A DNA stretch of 50,530 nucleotides from an uncultured Gammaproteobacteria bacterium (GCA_964651815.1 CAZYWG010000003.1:1-50530); one strand, 5' to 3'; positions 1 to 9,739 are shown, counted from the first letter of the stretch. A program made the numbers and translations. Notes: generated by a model not told the origin, from the letters alone.

Positions 1-385
1 CCCCAACTAAATATCCGTCAGACTTAAACCCTTCGCTAGAATTAAAATGCGCGTTAGTTGTCTTTGCAATTTTGCCATTATAAATAGGTAAAACGTCATC
101 ATGGAAAGCAAATGTCTCACCCGGTTTTAGGACAAGTCTGTATTCAAAAGGCTTTTCAACATTATTCCAGTTGATATTAGTAGAATCCATTTTTTGACCT
201 GTTGTATAGTCTACAGCAAGAAGAATATTGTCTTTAAAAACATTATTAACAAATGAATCACCATAGCGGTCATTTAACGAGAATTCGTGCGCAGCAAGTG
301 CCACAACTTTCGCGGGTTGAGTTCCGGCGGGTACAAGTCCTCCGAATATCAAATAGAGCATAGCTAGAGCAATAAATCTTTGCAT
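1..385 (-). CDS. VanW-like secreted protein (3' end runs off the window)
   Basis: Not in the ORF track. Manual translation from ATG at 385: MQRFIALAMLYLIFGG...LKPGETFAFHDD...GFKSDGYLVG. Signal peptide plus a VanW-type 'LKPGExFxF' motif. Confidence 0.6.
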   Translation of the reverse strand, partial: MQRFIALAMLYLIFGGLVPAGTQPAKVVALAAHEFSLNDRYGDSFVNNVFKDNILLAVDYTTGQKMDSTNINWNNVEKPFEYRLVLKPGETFAFHDDVLPIYNGKIAKTTNAHFNSSEGFKSDGYLVG

Positions 386-538
386 ATAAAACGCGTCTTT
401 TAAATGACACGGAGCTCAAATTATACCATACTATAGGACTGAAGTCAAGGAGGAACAGGCTCGTTTTATGTTGTTTTACTTCAAATCCCTTTCCATTGGT
501 ATTTTACATTTTCTTCTTGATAATCTACTATAAATATT

Positions 539-1270
539 GTGCCAAAGAAGAAAAAAATAAGGAAAAAGACGAGTAGAAAGAGCATTATACCAGGTTTTTT
601 AATCATTTCAGGCGTGGTAATAATGCTTATTCTGGTATTCGTCTTCAAAGGGTTGTTGGGAAGCAATGCAAATACGTGCGCAAACTCAATTTCATGTATA
701 AATGACCTTTCAGGCACGTACCAGCCTCAAAAGGTAGGTGTATTTATGGGGAAACAGATAGCTGTACCCCTTCCTAGGATCGCTGCCGAACATGCTTTGC
801 CTTCAGCTCCTAACGTTTTGGGCGAATCAACGGGGGTGAAGCATATTTATGTTGATCTAACACACCAGAGACTAATTGCCTACCAAGGAGGGAGTAAAGT
901 GTTTGTATTTCCAATTTCATCAGGAAAATGGCACCCAACGCCAACAGGCGACTTTCATATCTGGATTAAGCTTAGATATACGCGTATGACAGGGGGAAGT
1001 GGAGAGGACTTTTATGATCTTCCTAATGTCCCTTATGTCATGTTTTTTTACAATGATGATGTTTCAAAATCTCAAGGGTTTAGTATTCACGGGGCTTATT
1101 GGCATGATAATTTTGGCTACCCAATGAGCCATGGTTGTATAAACATGAGGCCTGAGGATGCAGCAAAGATTTTTGAGTGGGCAACACCCGTGACTCAAGG
1201 CGCAACAACTCTCGCAACAGATAAAGATCCGGGTACAGAAGTCACAATCTACGGCCAACCACCCGAATAA
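539..1270 (+). CDS. L,D-transpeptidase (YkuD family) with N-terminal membrane anchor
   Basis: Catalytic motif IHGAYWHDNFGYPMSHGCIN; TPTG motif; N-terminal TM helix. Confidence 0.92.
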   Translation: MPKKKKIRKKTSRKSIIPGFLIISGVVIMLILVFVFKGLLGSNANTCANSISCINDLSGTYQPQKVGVFMGKQIAVPLPRIAAEHALPSAPNVLGESTGVKHIYVDLTHQRLIAYQGGSKVFVFPISSGKWHPTPTGDFHIWIKLRYTRMTGGSGEDFYDLPNVPYVMFFYNDDVSKSQGFSIHGAYWHDNFGYPMSHGCINMRPEDAAKIFEWATPVTQGATTLATDKDPGTEVTIYGQPPE

Positions 1271-1372
1271 ATTCGATTTTCTTTACAAAATTTATTCATT
1301 TCGATTGTGTTTTTCCTCGAGTGCAAATTCCTTGATTCTTTTGGAAAATTAATGTAACATGAAAATCGCCTC

Positions 1373-1957
1373 ATGCAACCGACGACGGCGCAACAACTGA
1401 AACGGGCTGCAATTAACATTTTCTTTTTTCTTGGAGAAAGAATTGCACTTATTGCGCTTGTCATTCTTGGCTCAATTGCCGTTTTATTGCAGTCATCAAA
1501 ACCGGCCTTTTCTGAAAGCCCGCCTCTCAATTATTCAATTACTGTAAACGGCCTTTCATCTCTTAACAACGTCCCGCATGGCGCAATTGAAATGGTTATG
1601 GAAGCTCCAAAAGTTGCCTACACGCCTACTCCAACACCAAGCCCTACACCAACACCAATTCCTCCAACCCCAACGGCAACCCCCACACCAACTCCGGCAC
1701 CAACAGTTGACCCCTCGAACAATGAAATTTGGGATAGAATTGCGCATTGTGAATCAAACCAAAATTGGGGTGATAATACGGGCAATGGATACTTTGGAGG
1801 TTTGCAATTTTCTCAAGGCGCTTGGAATTCCGTTGGCGGAAGTGGAAATCCTTCGGAAGCTTCCCGCGACGAACAAATCCTCCGTGGTAAAAAGCTTCAA
1901 GAAGTGCGAGGATGGGGCGCGTGGGGTGCGTGTGCTCATGAGCTGGGTTTACATTAA
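1373..1957 (+). CDS. Resuscitation-promoting factor (Rpf)-family transglycosylase
   Basis: C-terminal WDRIAHCESNQNW..NTGNGYFGGLQF..W; Pro/Thr linker; N-terminal TM/signal segment. Confidence 0.92.
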   Translation: MQPTTAQQLKRAAINIFFFLGERIALIALVILGSIAVLLQSSKPAFSESPPLNYSITVNGLSSLNNVPHGAIEMVMEAPKVAYTPTPTPSPTPTPIPPTPTATPTPTPAPTVDPSNNEIWDRIAHCESNQNWGDNTGNGYFGGLQFSQGAWNSVGGSGNPSEASRDEQILRGKKLQEVRGWGAWGACAHELGLH

Positions 1958-1979
1958 GTCCAATTTTTACTTTTTCGAA

Positions 1980-2420
1980 TCAGAGAATCAGCATGTTTAC
2001 ACGCTCTACAACATCATCAATTTTTACATTTGATTTGATTAAAAATTCAACGGCGTTATCATAATATTGAGTCTCCCTGATATTATCCACCTCTCCCGCG
2101 TTTGTGAGCACTATAACCGGTGTCATTTTAAATTCAGGAATTTTTCTAAGTCTTTTAAGCATAACCTTTCCGTCCAAAACTGGCATTAAAAGGTCAAGCA
2201 AAATTATGTCCGGGTGGTACCTTTTTGCGGCAGCGAGGCCTTCTTCGCCATTAGCCGCTTTAAAAACGTCGTATCCTTCTTTTGTAAATCTATCCACAAG
2301 AGCCGAGCGTAGGACTTCTTCATCTTCTGTTATCAATATTTTTTTGGGAGTTTTGTGAACAGGTGAGGGTGTAACTTCTTCCTTTCCAGAGAGAATTTTT
2401 ATGTCTTGAATTATTCCCAT
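1980..2420 (-). CDS. Single-domain response regulator (receiver)
   Basis: ILITEDE, DLLMPVLDG and FLIK receiver motifs. Confidence 0.9.
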   Translation of the reverse strand: MGIIQDIKILSGKEEVTPSPVHKTPKKILITEDEEVLRSALVDRFTKEGYDVFKAANGEEGLAAAKRYHPDIILLDLLMPVLDGKVMLKRLRKIPEFKMTPVIVLTNAGEVDNIRETQYYDNAVEFLIKSNVKIDDVVERVNMLIL

Positions 2421-2505
2421 CCAATCTATAATATCTCTCGCGCGGTTTTTTTGTCAACAGACTTTGTTCGACTTCCGTTCGAAACCGAATAGTTAGTAAT
2501 CGCCT

Positions 2506-3936
2506 CTAGCCCAGGAGTTTTTGATAAAGAGTCAAATATTCTTGCGCGCTTTTGTTCCAGGAAAAATCCGTTGAAAAAGCGTTTTGGACCATTGTTTCAA
2601 ATGTCTTTTTATCATTCTTCCATACATCTAGCGCCTTCATTATTGTGTCTTCCAAAGTATCAGAATTATAAGTTGAGAAAAGATATCCATTAAATCCATC
2701 TTTAATAGAATCTTTGAGCCCTCCCGTGTTATGTGCAATTGGAATTGTCCCAAAAAGCATAGCTACCATTTGAACAAGTCCGCAAGGCTCATATTTTGAC
2801 GGGATAACAATAAAATCTGACGCAGCGTATATTTGGTGAGCCAGTTTGTCAGAATATGTAAAGTTGCAAGAAATATATTTTGGGGAAAATGTAGAAAGCC
2901 ATTTAAAGCGTTCTTCCCAGTCAGGGTCGCCGCTGCCAAGAATTACAATTTCAAATTCCATTTTGCTTTTACGTCTGAGCATTTTATGAAGAATCTCAAG
3001 ACCTTTTTGCGGCGCCTCAATTCTGCCTATAAAACAGAGTAGGGGTATGTCCTTTTTTACTTTGAGCCCCAGCTTTTTTTGCAAAAATTCTTTGTTTAAC
3101 GCTTTCCCTTTTTTCCAATCATAATATTTAATTTCACCATTAACACCCCTTTTTTCAACCGGATCATAAGGATAGTTTATTGCACGGTCATGTGTAGTTT
3201 GGCTAAAGTCTGCGTCAATTCCATTAAGGATCCCAAAAATTTTCTCTTGTCGCGCCTTCAATACTTCATTGAGCCCATTGCCTAATTCTTCTGTGAGAAT
3301 TTCTTTTGCATAAGTTGGGGAGACAGTTGTTATCATATCGGAATTTATAATTCCCTCAAGGAGTAGATTTATCTGATTGCCTTTAATTTCCCATTGGACA
3401 GGACCTGTGGAAGCTGGATCTATTCCAATATGCCTCACCACAGTCGTGGACGTTTTTTTCTGGTAAGCAAGATTGTGAATTGTGAGCATTGTTTTGACAG
3501 GTAGGTTTTCAAGCCTTACAAGAAGCGGGATAAATCCGCAATGGCTATCATTAAGGTGAATGATATCCGGCCTCCACGAAAGTAAGTTATTTTTTATAAT
3601 TTCAACAACGGCTTTATCAAAAAATCCCCATGTTTCGCGGGGTAATGCGCGATCCAAATATTTCTTGTTTTTGAGAAAATATGCTACAAAGTTTTTGTAA
3701 GGGTGTACTATTTCCCAAATCTCAACCGTCTCATTTTTTCCGGCGTACATAATTTTAAATTCGCAAACCTTTTCTTTTTTGGTCCGCCCGAATTTGGCAA
3801 CTTTGTAGTAAGGAGTCATAACGCGGATATCTACGCCGAGTTCTTTTAAAGCGCCTGGAAGTGCACGCGCAACATCCCCAAGTCCTCCAATTTTAAAAAA
3901 CGGGTCAAGTTCCCAAACGGTGAAGAGGACATTCAT
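2506..3936 (-). CDS. glgA: Glycogen/starch synthase (GT5)
   Basis: KIGGLGDV ADP-glucose motif; TVSPTYAKEI; PSKYEPCGLVQ; TGGLKD. Confidence 0.9.
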   Translation of the reverse strand: MNVLFTVWELDPFFKIGGLGDVARALPGALKELGVDIRVMTPYYKVAKFGRTKKEKVCEFKIMYAGKNETVEIWEIVHPYKNFVAYFLKNKKYLDRALPRETWGFFDKAVVEIIKNNLLSWRPDIIHLNDSHCGFIPLLVRLENLPVKTMLTIHNLAYQKKTSTTVVRHIGIDPASTGPVQWEIKGNQINLLLEGIINSDMITTVSPTYAKEILTEELGNGLNEVLKARQEKIFGILNGIDADFSQTTHDRAINYPYDPVEKRGVNGEIKYYDWKKGKALNKEFLQKKLGLKVKKDIPLLCFIGRIEAPQKGLEILHKMLRRKSKMEFEIVILGSGDPDWEERFKWLSTFSPKYISCNFTYSDKLAHQIYAASDFIVIPSKYEPCGLVQMVAMLFGTIPIAHNTGGLKDSIKDGFNGYLFSTYNSDTLEDTIMKALDVWKNDKKTFETMVQNAFSTDFSWNKSAQEYLTLYQKLLG

Positions 3937-4028
3937 AAATTCATTATACCAGCTAGCCTCAGTTAGTGCTGGACAAAGAAAAAAATCGTCAGCCCACGAG
4001 TAATTTAATCTAGGTCGAAAGTATAGTT

Positions 4029-4748
4029 CTAGTATCCGGTGAAGTCTTCTGATCTTATATTATCTTCATCAACTTTTGCTCCAATAAGAATTTCACGCAT
4101 CGCGCCTACCATTCCTGCCGGCCCACAAAGATAATAAATGGGAGCAGACAGATCATCAATGAATGAGGAGAGAAGAGAGGCATTTACTCTTCCTTTTTGC
4201 CCGGGCCAATCCGCCTGTTGGGTCATGCAAGGGACAAAAACAAAATTTTTATTCTCCGCGGCCAGTGCGTTGAGCTCGCCCATGAATGCTGCGTCACTTT
4301 CCGCGTGGTTTGAATAAAACAAATATATTTTGTGGGGGGATTTATCATGAGTCGCCTGTTTTATAATGCTCATGACTGGTGTAATTCCAATTCCGCCGGT
4401 TAAAAAGACTGCAGGTTTTTCTTTGTTATTATGTAAAGTGAAAGAGCCATACGGGCCTTCCGCGTTAATTTCAGAACCCGCCTCGAGCGTTTTTAAAACT
4501 CTTTTGAATGCCGTATCACGCATGCGAGTCGCAAACATGAGGTGGTCTTCATATGGTGATGCTACTATTGAAAATGTGCGAGTATCTCCTTCTTTATCTG
4601 TTTCCGGCGGATCAATAAGAGCCCAATCTATGGTTTGTCCTGCTTTAAATTCAAACCCTTCAGGACGTGCAAATTTAAACGACATGGTGCCTTCTGCAAC
4701 ATCTTTTTTCTCAAGAAGTTTGAGCCTGTACTTATTATTCACGGACAA
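4029..4748 (-). CDS. FAD/NAD(P)-binding ferredoxin reductase-like oxidoreductase
   Basis: RTFSIVASP, GPYGSF, GGIGITP and YLCGPAGM FNR-family motifs. Confidence 0.9.
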   Translation of the reverse strand: MSVNNKYRLKLLEKKDVAEGTMSFKFARPEGFEFKAGQTIDWALIDPPETDKEGDTRTFSIVASPYEDHLMFATRMRDTAFKRVLKTLEAGSEINAEGPYGSFTLHNNKEKPAVFLTGGIGITPVMSIIKQATHDKSPHKIYLFYSNHAESDAAFMGELNALAAENKNFVFVPCMTQQADWPGQKGRVNASLLSSFIDDLSAPIYYLCGPAGMVGAMREILIGAKVDEDNIRSEDFTGY

Positions 4749-4827
4749 AGTTTACTCCAATTAATATTTTTTGTCCACAAGTTAAAGGTGAAAAAATGTC
4801 ATGTGGTAACTCTGTTATAATTGGCAT

Positions 4828-5286
4828 ATGAAAGCTCCTGATTTTAAATTGCCGGATCAAAACGGGAAGTTACATACGTCTTATGATTATCGTGGAAAAT
4901 GGCTTGTAGTTTATTTTTATCCAAGGGATGAAACACCCGGGTGTACAAAGGAAGCATGTAGTTTTCGCGACAACAACACCAAATTTAAAAGACTGGGTGC
5001 GCAAGTTATAGGTATTTCAAAAGACACAGTTGCCTCTCATAAAAAGTTTGAAAATAAAAATAGGTTGAATTTTACAATTCTTTCAGACCAGGACCACAAA
5101 GTGATTGAAGCTTACGGCGCGTGGGGTAAGAAAAAGTTTATGGGGAAAGAGTACGACGGTATAAAAAGAAACACATACCTTGTAAATCCTGAGGGTGAGA
5201 TAGTTAAAACTTATGAAGGAGTAAATCCTCTGAGCCACACAAGCCAAGTCTTACAAGATCTGACAGGCCTCTCGCATTCAGCTTAA
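4828..5286 (+). CDS. bcp: Thioredoxin-dependent peroxiredoxin (Bcp/PrxQ)
   Basis: YFYPRDETPGCTKEACSFRD motif. Confidence 0.93.
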   Translation: MKAPDFKLPDQNGKLHTSYDYRGKWLVVYFYPRDETPGCTKEACSFRDNNTKFKRLGAQVIGISKDTVASHKKFENKNRLNFTILSDQDHKVIEAYGAWGKKKFMGKEYDGIKRNTYLVNPEGEIVKTYEGVNPLSHTSQVLQDLTGLSHSA

Positions 5287-5357
5287 ACCGCGAAAAATTA
5301 TTGCACAAAAAAACCGCGAGCCTTGCATTTTCTTCACCTTTTAATATAATCGGCAAT

Positions 5358-5858
5358 ATGGCAATTGAGGATGAAGAAATGATGAGGGCAGTTGATGAAG
5401 CTGTTGCCGTAATGGAAGAGAACAGACAAATTCCAATGAATTTACCAATAGGTGTTGCTTATGACTTGGGAGGGGCAGTGGTTCTGGAAAGATCAAGTAA
5501 ATTAATCAACGGGAAAAATGCGGAATTGGAACACTATGTCCTTGCAAAACTTGGGCAGATAGTACCCGGAGAGTTGAGGTTTTTGGGAAAGGATAGATAT
5601 AATGGCGATTTATCGCGTGAAGAGGGAATTTCTTTCAATGCTTGCGAGATAAATATGTGTGGCGAGAGCGCGCTTTTAGTTCCGGGAGGTTCTGAAATGA
5701 TGGACGAATCACATCAGGATGCAGCGGCTGGGCTACGTCACGACGCATATAGGAATGGGATTCTGCGCTCATATTTAACCGCCGAAAATATATTTGTTGC
5801 AGCTGGCGGAAAAAGGAATGAAGGTTTGAAAATAAGAGCCGAAGCGCAGTTGAGTTAA
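5358..5858 (+). CDS. Hypothetical protein
   Basis: Open frame; ATG at 5358 lies 7 nt after TATAAT (5345-5350). No recognised motif. Confidence 0.65.
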   Translation: MAIEDEEMMRAVDEAVAVMEENRQIPMNLPIGVAYDLGGAVVLERSSKLINGKNAELEHYVLAKLGQIVPGELRFLGKDRYNGDLSREEGISFNACEINMCGESALLVPGGSEMMDESHQDAAAGLRHDAYRNGILRSYLTAENIFVAAGGKRNEGLKIRAEAQLS

Positions 5859-6004
5859 TCCTGCATTTTCCTCGAATATTAGGGTCTCTGCCTTAGTGAA
5901 TTGTGTTTAGGTTAGCCTCTAATTCTTACAAAAATCTTTCTCATTTGCTATGCAAAAAGAGTATAGATGAGCCTAGAATAATGAGAGATTAAAAGGAGTA
6001 ATAT

Positions 6005-6421
6005 ATGCCAGATCTTTCTGATTTAACAAAAAAAGTCGAGGAGGCGAGAGACAAAAAAGTCTCTTCTGAAGAAAAGTTCAGAGCTGCCGAGTTGCGTAGA
6101 AATACTGCGCAGACGCGAGCCGGCGAGCTAGAGACAGAAAGAGATGCGGTTGAGCGCGAGATACAGAATTTTGAAAGAGATATATCAATGTTTGAAGCGA
6201 GTCTTAACACTGCTCGCAACAGCCGCGACGACGCAAGAAATAGGATGGAATCTGCGCAAAGCAGAATGGAAGAGGCACTACAAGAGATGCAGCTGGCTCA
6301 AGACGAAATGTTTGAAGCGCGTGGTGAATCTAATGAAGCGGATCAGCAAAGTGATACTGCCTACTACCAACTTGAAAGTCTGAGGAGGCGCGCAGAGCAA
6401 GTGCAAGGAGAGGGAGTGTAA
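6005..6421 (+). CDS. Coiled-coil protein
   Basis: Strong AAGGAG SD; E/R/A/Q-rich helical sequence. Confidence 0.75.
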   Translation: MPDLSDLTKKVEEARDKKVSSEEKFRAAELRRNTAQTRAGELETERDAVEREIQNFERDISMFEASLNTARNSRDDARNRMESAQSRMEEALQEMQLAQDEMFEARGESNEADQQSDTAYYQLESLRRRAEQVQGEGV

Positions 6422-6434
6422 GTGAGGTAATTCT

Positions 6435-6563
6435 ATGATAAAAAAAGTAAAAGAAGGTTACCAAGTTCAATCTGAGAAAGGACGTAATATGGGTACTTAT
6501 AAGACAGAGGTAGAAGCAAAAAAGCGTCTTCAACAAATTGAATACTTCAAACACAAAAAATAA
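6435..6563 (+). CDS. Small basic protein (42 aa), not in the ORF track
   Basis: MIKKVKEGYQVQSEKGRNMGTYKTEVEAKKRLQQIEYFKHKK, preceded by a GTGAGGT SD. Confidence 0.75.
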   Translation: MIKKVKEGYQVQSEKGRNMGTYKTEVEAKKRLQQIEYFKHKK

Positions 6564-6573
6564 ATTTTCCAGT

Positions 6574-6605
6574 TTACAATGAAAACTTCCAGGGCTTCTT
6601 TTTGG
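6574..6605. repeat. 32-bp imperfect direct repeat, copy 1
   Basis: TTACAATGAAAACTTCCAGGGCTTCTTTTTGG; 29/32 identical to 7436-7467. Confidence 0.9.
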
Positions 6606-6613
6606 AGGGTGGT

Positions 6614-7390
6614 TTACCTCTGGCCTAGAGGACTTGGTACAAATGTCGGTATTTTATATTTTGGATGTTTGAGGCCTCCGTAATTAATTGTTCCGCGCAT
6701 TCCGATTCTTGTTTGAATATTAACGTGGACATTTGCCCTCTGAAGTAGGGGACTAGTTACAATTGCATCTTGAATAGCCGCCTCATATAAGGGTTTGTAG
6801 CTGGCCGGATATTCCGCAACGCCATAAGTATAAACTTCAAGGACCGGCGGTATTTGTCCGCCCGACATTGTAGCAAATTCCTCAAGTGCTTCCGCAACGG
6901 CTTCTCGTGCAATACGAGTGCCGCGGGCTTGCTTCATTCTTTCTTCAATTTCCGTGAGCCTAAGTCTTCCCAACCTTTCTCTCAGCGCTTTGTCCGTGTC
7001 ATCATCCGGAGTTCTTGTATTTCTGTGAGATGCGGCCAGCCCTATCTTGGGATCAAAAACTCCAACTACTATGCATTCGGTTGCATGCCCCAGGGAAAAG
7101 TATTTCCCCGTTCTTTCAAACCAGGCAGCATCTCTGTGACCCCGTCTGTTAGTGCTTAGGCTTTCGTATCCTTTGGATTTACCATCAACTACAAGTCCAT
7201 CTGCAAGAATTTGGTCAATTTTTTCCTCTTTTGCCCTGAATATCTCGCGAAGCTCTAAGGCAGAACTTGTTGCTGAAGCTTTTATTTCTGCCTCAATTTC
7301 AACTTGTTTTGCAATCTCAAGACCGCTGGCCGGGGCCGGAGGTGTTGTTCCCTCGCGTTGGGCGCGCCTTCTTTCAGATCTGCTACTCAT
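6614..7390 (-). CDS. Hypothetical protein flanked by direct repeats
   Basis: 258-aa ORF; TATAAT 6 nt before the ATG. Confidence 0.75.
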   Translation of the reverse strand: MSSRSERRRAQREGTTPPAPASGLEIAKQVEIEAEIKASATSSALELREIFRAKEEKIDQILADGLVVDGKSKGYESLSTNRRGHRDAAWFERTGKYFSLGHATECIVVGVFDPKIGLAASHRNTRTPDDDTDKALRERLGRLRLTEIEERMKQARGTRIAREAVAEALEEFATMSGGQIPPVLEVYTYGVAEYPASYKPLYEAAIQDAIVTSPLLQRANVHVNIQTRIGMRGTINYGGLKHPKYKIPTFVPSPLGQR

Positions 7391-7435
7391 GCGGAAATTA
7401 TATCCTGGAGTAAAATAAAAATCAACATTTCCTTG

Positions 7436-7467
7436 TTACACTGAAAACTTTCAGGGCTTCCTTTTGG
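7436..7467. repeat. 32-bp imperfect direct repeat, copy 2
   Basis: TTACACTGAAAACTTTCAGGGCTTCCTTTTGG. Confidence 0.9.
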
Positions 7468-7522
7468 TCTGGCAGACTCACCATTTATTTCAATTGGAAT
7501 TTCCCCCCGGGGGTAATGCGGA

Positions 7523-8566
7523 TTAAACCGGGAGGTAATTGGTAGATTTCATGGAGGGGTCAACGTCCGGGTAGAAATTCCTTTCCCAAGCATGATTTTT
7601 AAGCTTCTCTATTAATTCGGCAGATAGTTTTTTACCATCAGATACTGCCGTATTTGCTACTACATTTTTTACTTTTCTCATTCCCGGAATTACACTTGAA
7701 ATTGCATCGAAAGAGAGTATATATCTCAAGTCAAGTTCCGCGAGAGTTTTTGCTTCTCCATCAAGATACGTTTTTAATGAGTCGGTTCTTTCTACTAAGT
7801 CTTTAAGTCTTTCTTTAGTAAAATATTTACTTCTTAGCTCATCCGCATCAAAAATAGAGTCTTTTGTAAGGGTACCAGTTAGTCCACCTTCATCAAGTGG
7901 CACACGTGCAATAAGTCCAATGTTATTTTTTTTGGCGTACGGAAATAATTTTTCTGTGGGTTTTTGATGAAAAACATTAAATATAAATTGAACAGTAGAG
8001 ATAAGTCCAGTATCAAGCGCCTTAAGACAATTTGTTGGTTGGTAATCGTTTGCTGAAATTCCAAAATATTTTACTTTTCCGGACTTCATAATTTTTTGAA
8101 TAGTTTCTTTCCATCCGTCTTCTTTTGCAAAGTCATCTTGCCAAACGTGAAATTGGATAAGATCTATTGTGTCAACTCCAAGACTTCTAAGTGAATCATC
8201 AACGCATTTTTCTATATGATCATTTGGGAATACTTCAGAAATTGGAGTACCTTTCCATGCCGGCCATTTCATATTTTTTCCGGGAACTTTTGTTGCAAGA
8301 ACAAGAGAGCCACGCTTACGGGACTCTTTTAAAAATTTTCCAATTAATTCTTCTGAGGGGTGGCGGTCCGGTTGTGTGTCATCATACCCGTATATCCAAG
8401 CCGTATCTATAAAGTTACCACCGATTTCTACAAATTTATGTAAACTTCTCAAGCTTTCGTTTAAATCCGAACCAACCCAGCACCCAGGATCATTTGCAAG
8501 TTGCCATGTGCCGCAGCCAACTTCTGAAACCTTCAGCCCCGTTTTACCAAGTGTTCTATACTTCAT
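7523..8566 (-). CDS. Aldo/keto reductase
   Basis: LGKTGLKVSEVGCGTW, FIDTAWIYG, LATK, SLRSLGVDTIDLIQFH, VIPG. Confidence 0.93.
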   Translation of the reverse strand: MKYRTLGKTGLKVSEVGCGTWQLANDPGCWVGSDLNESLRSLHKFVEIGGNFIDTAWIYGYDDTQPDRHPSEELIGKFLKESRKRGSLVLATKVPGKNMKWPAWKGTPISEVFPNDHIEKCVDDSLRSLGVDTIDLIQFHVWQDDFAKEDGWKETIQKIMKSGKVKYFGISANDYQPTNCLKALDTGLISTVQFIFNVFHQKPTEKLFPYAKKNNIGLIARVPLDEGGLTGTLTKDSIFDADELRSKYFTKERLKDLVERTDSLKTYLDGEAKTLAELDLRYILSFDAISSVIPGMRKVKNVVANTAVSDGKKLSAELIEKLKNHAWERNFYPDVDPSMKSTNYLPV

Positions 8567-8707
8567 TTAAAGCATTTATATCACATCGAAGACGAAGATT
8601 AAAGCAAAGCGTAGAGGAAGAAATTAGATTCTAACATTTTCCTGCACTTTCCGGTCGTTTATTGTGCCTCTCAGCTGGGAAGTTATTGGGTAAGTTGGTA
8701 AAGAGTT

Positions 8708-9040
8708 TTAATTCTTCAATTTGCTTTTTTTGGTCCTGTGTATATCTCCCCATTCTTCCATGAGTTTTAAAATCGGGAGAAGAGTTTTTCCATAATTTGT
8801 TAGAGAATATTCAACGTGAGGGGGGACTACGGGGAACACCTTTCTTATTATAATGCCGTCTGTTTCCAATTCCTTTAACTGCTGAATAAGCATTTTTTGA
8901 GTTATTCCTTCAATTCCTCTGTGAATTTCGCTTGTTCTTGCGGAGCCGCTTTTAACAGTAAAAAGAATTAGGGGTTTCCATTTTCCCCCAATTACATCAA
9001 GCGTTTCTTTTACGGACGAGCAGGCTAGTGATATTTTCAT
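8708..9040 (-). CDS. HxlR-family (winged HTH) transcriptional regulator
   Basis: LDVIGGKWK, ITQKML..QLKELE.DG, VPPHVEYSLT; N-terminal Cys. Confidence 0.92.
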   Translation of the reverse strand: MKISLACSSVKETLDVIGGKWKPLILFTVKSGSARTSEIHRGIEGITQKMLIQQLKELETDGIIIRKVFPVVPPHVEYSLTNYGKTLLPILKLMEEWGDIHRTKKSKLKN

Positions 9041-9042
9041 AC

Positions 9043-9075
9043 TTACTTTTTAGTAACTACTGCACTTTACAGTAG
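9043..9075. promoter_or_regulatory. Tandem palindromes, probable HxlR operator, in a divergent promoter
   Basis: TTACT-TTTT-AGTAA (9043-9056) and CTACTG-N7-CAGTAG (9057-9075). Confidence 0.55.
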
Positions 9076-9114
9076 GTACTTACATTATACACATGTACTT
9101 GTTATAAATCAACT

Positions 9115-9636
9115 ATGAGAAAAGAACAGAGTATAAAAGAAGTGTTGGGAGCAGCAATTGGGATTCGGGAAATTGCGCCTAGTGCGTGGCGTGATTATGA
9201 ATATATTCGGCACGAAATGTTAAGAAGCGATCCTGAGGCGTTTCCCCCGCAGGCATACGATGACCTGACAGAGGTGGAAGCCGTATGGAGAGCGCGTATT
9301 GAACAAGGGATTGTGCTTGTTGCTTATGATAGTGAAAAACCTGTTGGCATGATCAGAGCCACTTTTGACGGTGACACTTCAAGAGTATGGAATATGTATA
9401 CAAAACCGGATTACAGAGGTTTGGGACTTGCTAAGCGCTTGATGACAGGCCTTATGGGAAAGATCACGGCGCGCGGTGTGAGACTCGTTGATCTTGAAGT
9501 TGAAGATTCGCAAATTCCGGCACGTACAATGTACCAGAATGTTTTTGGATTTACGGAAGTAGGCCGTGTTGAAAATGAGCGCGGCGGCTATATGATTACA
9601 ATGCAAAGAGCATTAAAACTTGGCGCAGGATCTTAA
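9115..9636 (+). CDS. GNAT-family N-acetyltransferase
   Basis: MYTKPDYRGLGLAKRLM acetyl-CoA motif A; ARTMYQ..FGF. Confidence 0.9.
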   Translation: MRKEQSIKEVLGAAIGIREIAPSAWRDYEYIRHEMLRSDPEAFPPQAYDDLTEVEAVWRARIEQGIVLVAYDSEKPVGMIRATFDGDTSRVWNMYTKPDYRGLGLAKRLMTGLMGKITARGVRLVDLEVEDSQIPARTMYQNVFGFTEVGRVENERGGYMITMQRALKLGAGS

Positions 9637-9739
9637 AACCGCTATTCGCAGAGGATTACGAACTTTCCGGAGAGCTCAAATTCACTTAAGGAAGCTTGAC
9701 ACGAGCCAATTGCTTAATTTATGCTGAATGTAAGAGTAT

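Noticed and set aside
1620-1705. CCAACn tandem repeats as a CRISPR or VNTR element
   Set aside because: They encode the Pro/Thr linker of the Rpf protein.
7501-7516. TTCCCCCCGGGGGTAA palindrome
   Set aside because: Single low-complexity occurrence after the AKR stop; no supportable function beyond a possible weak terminator.
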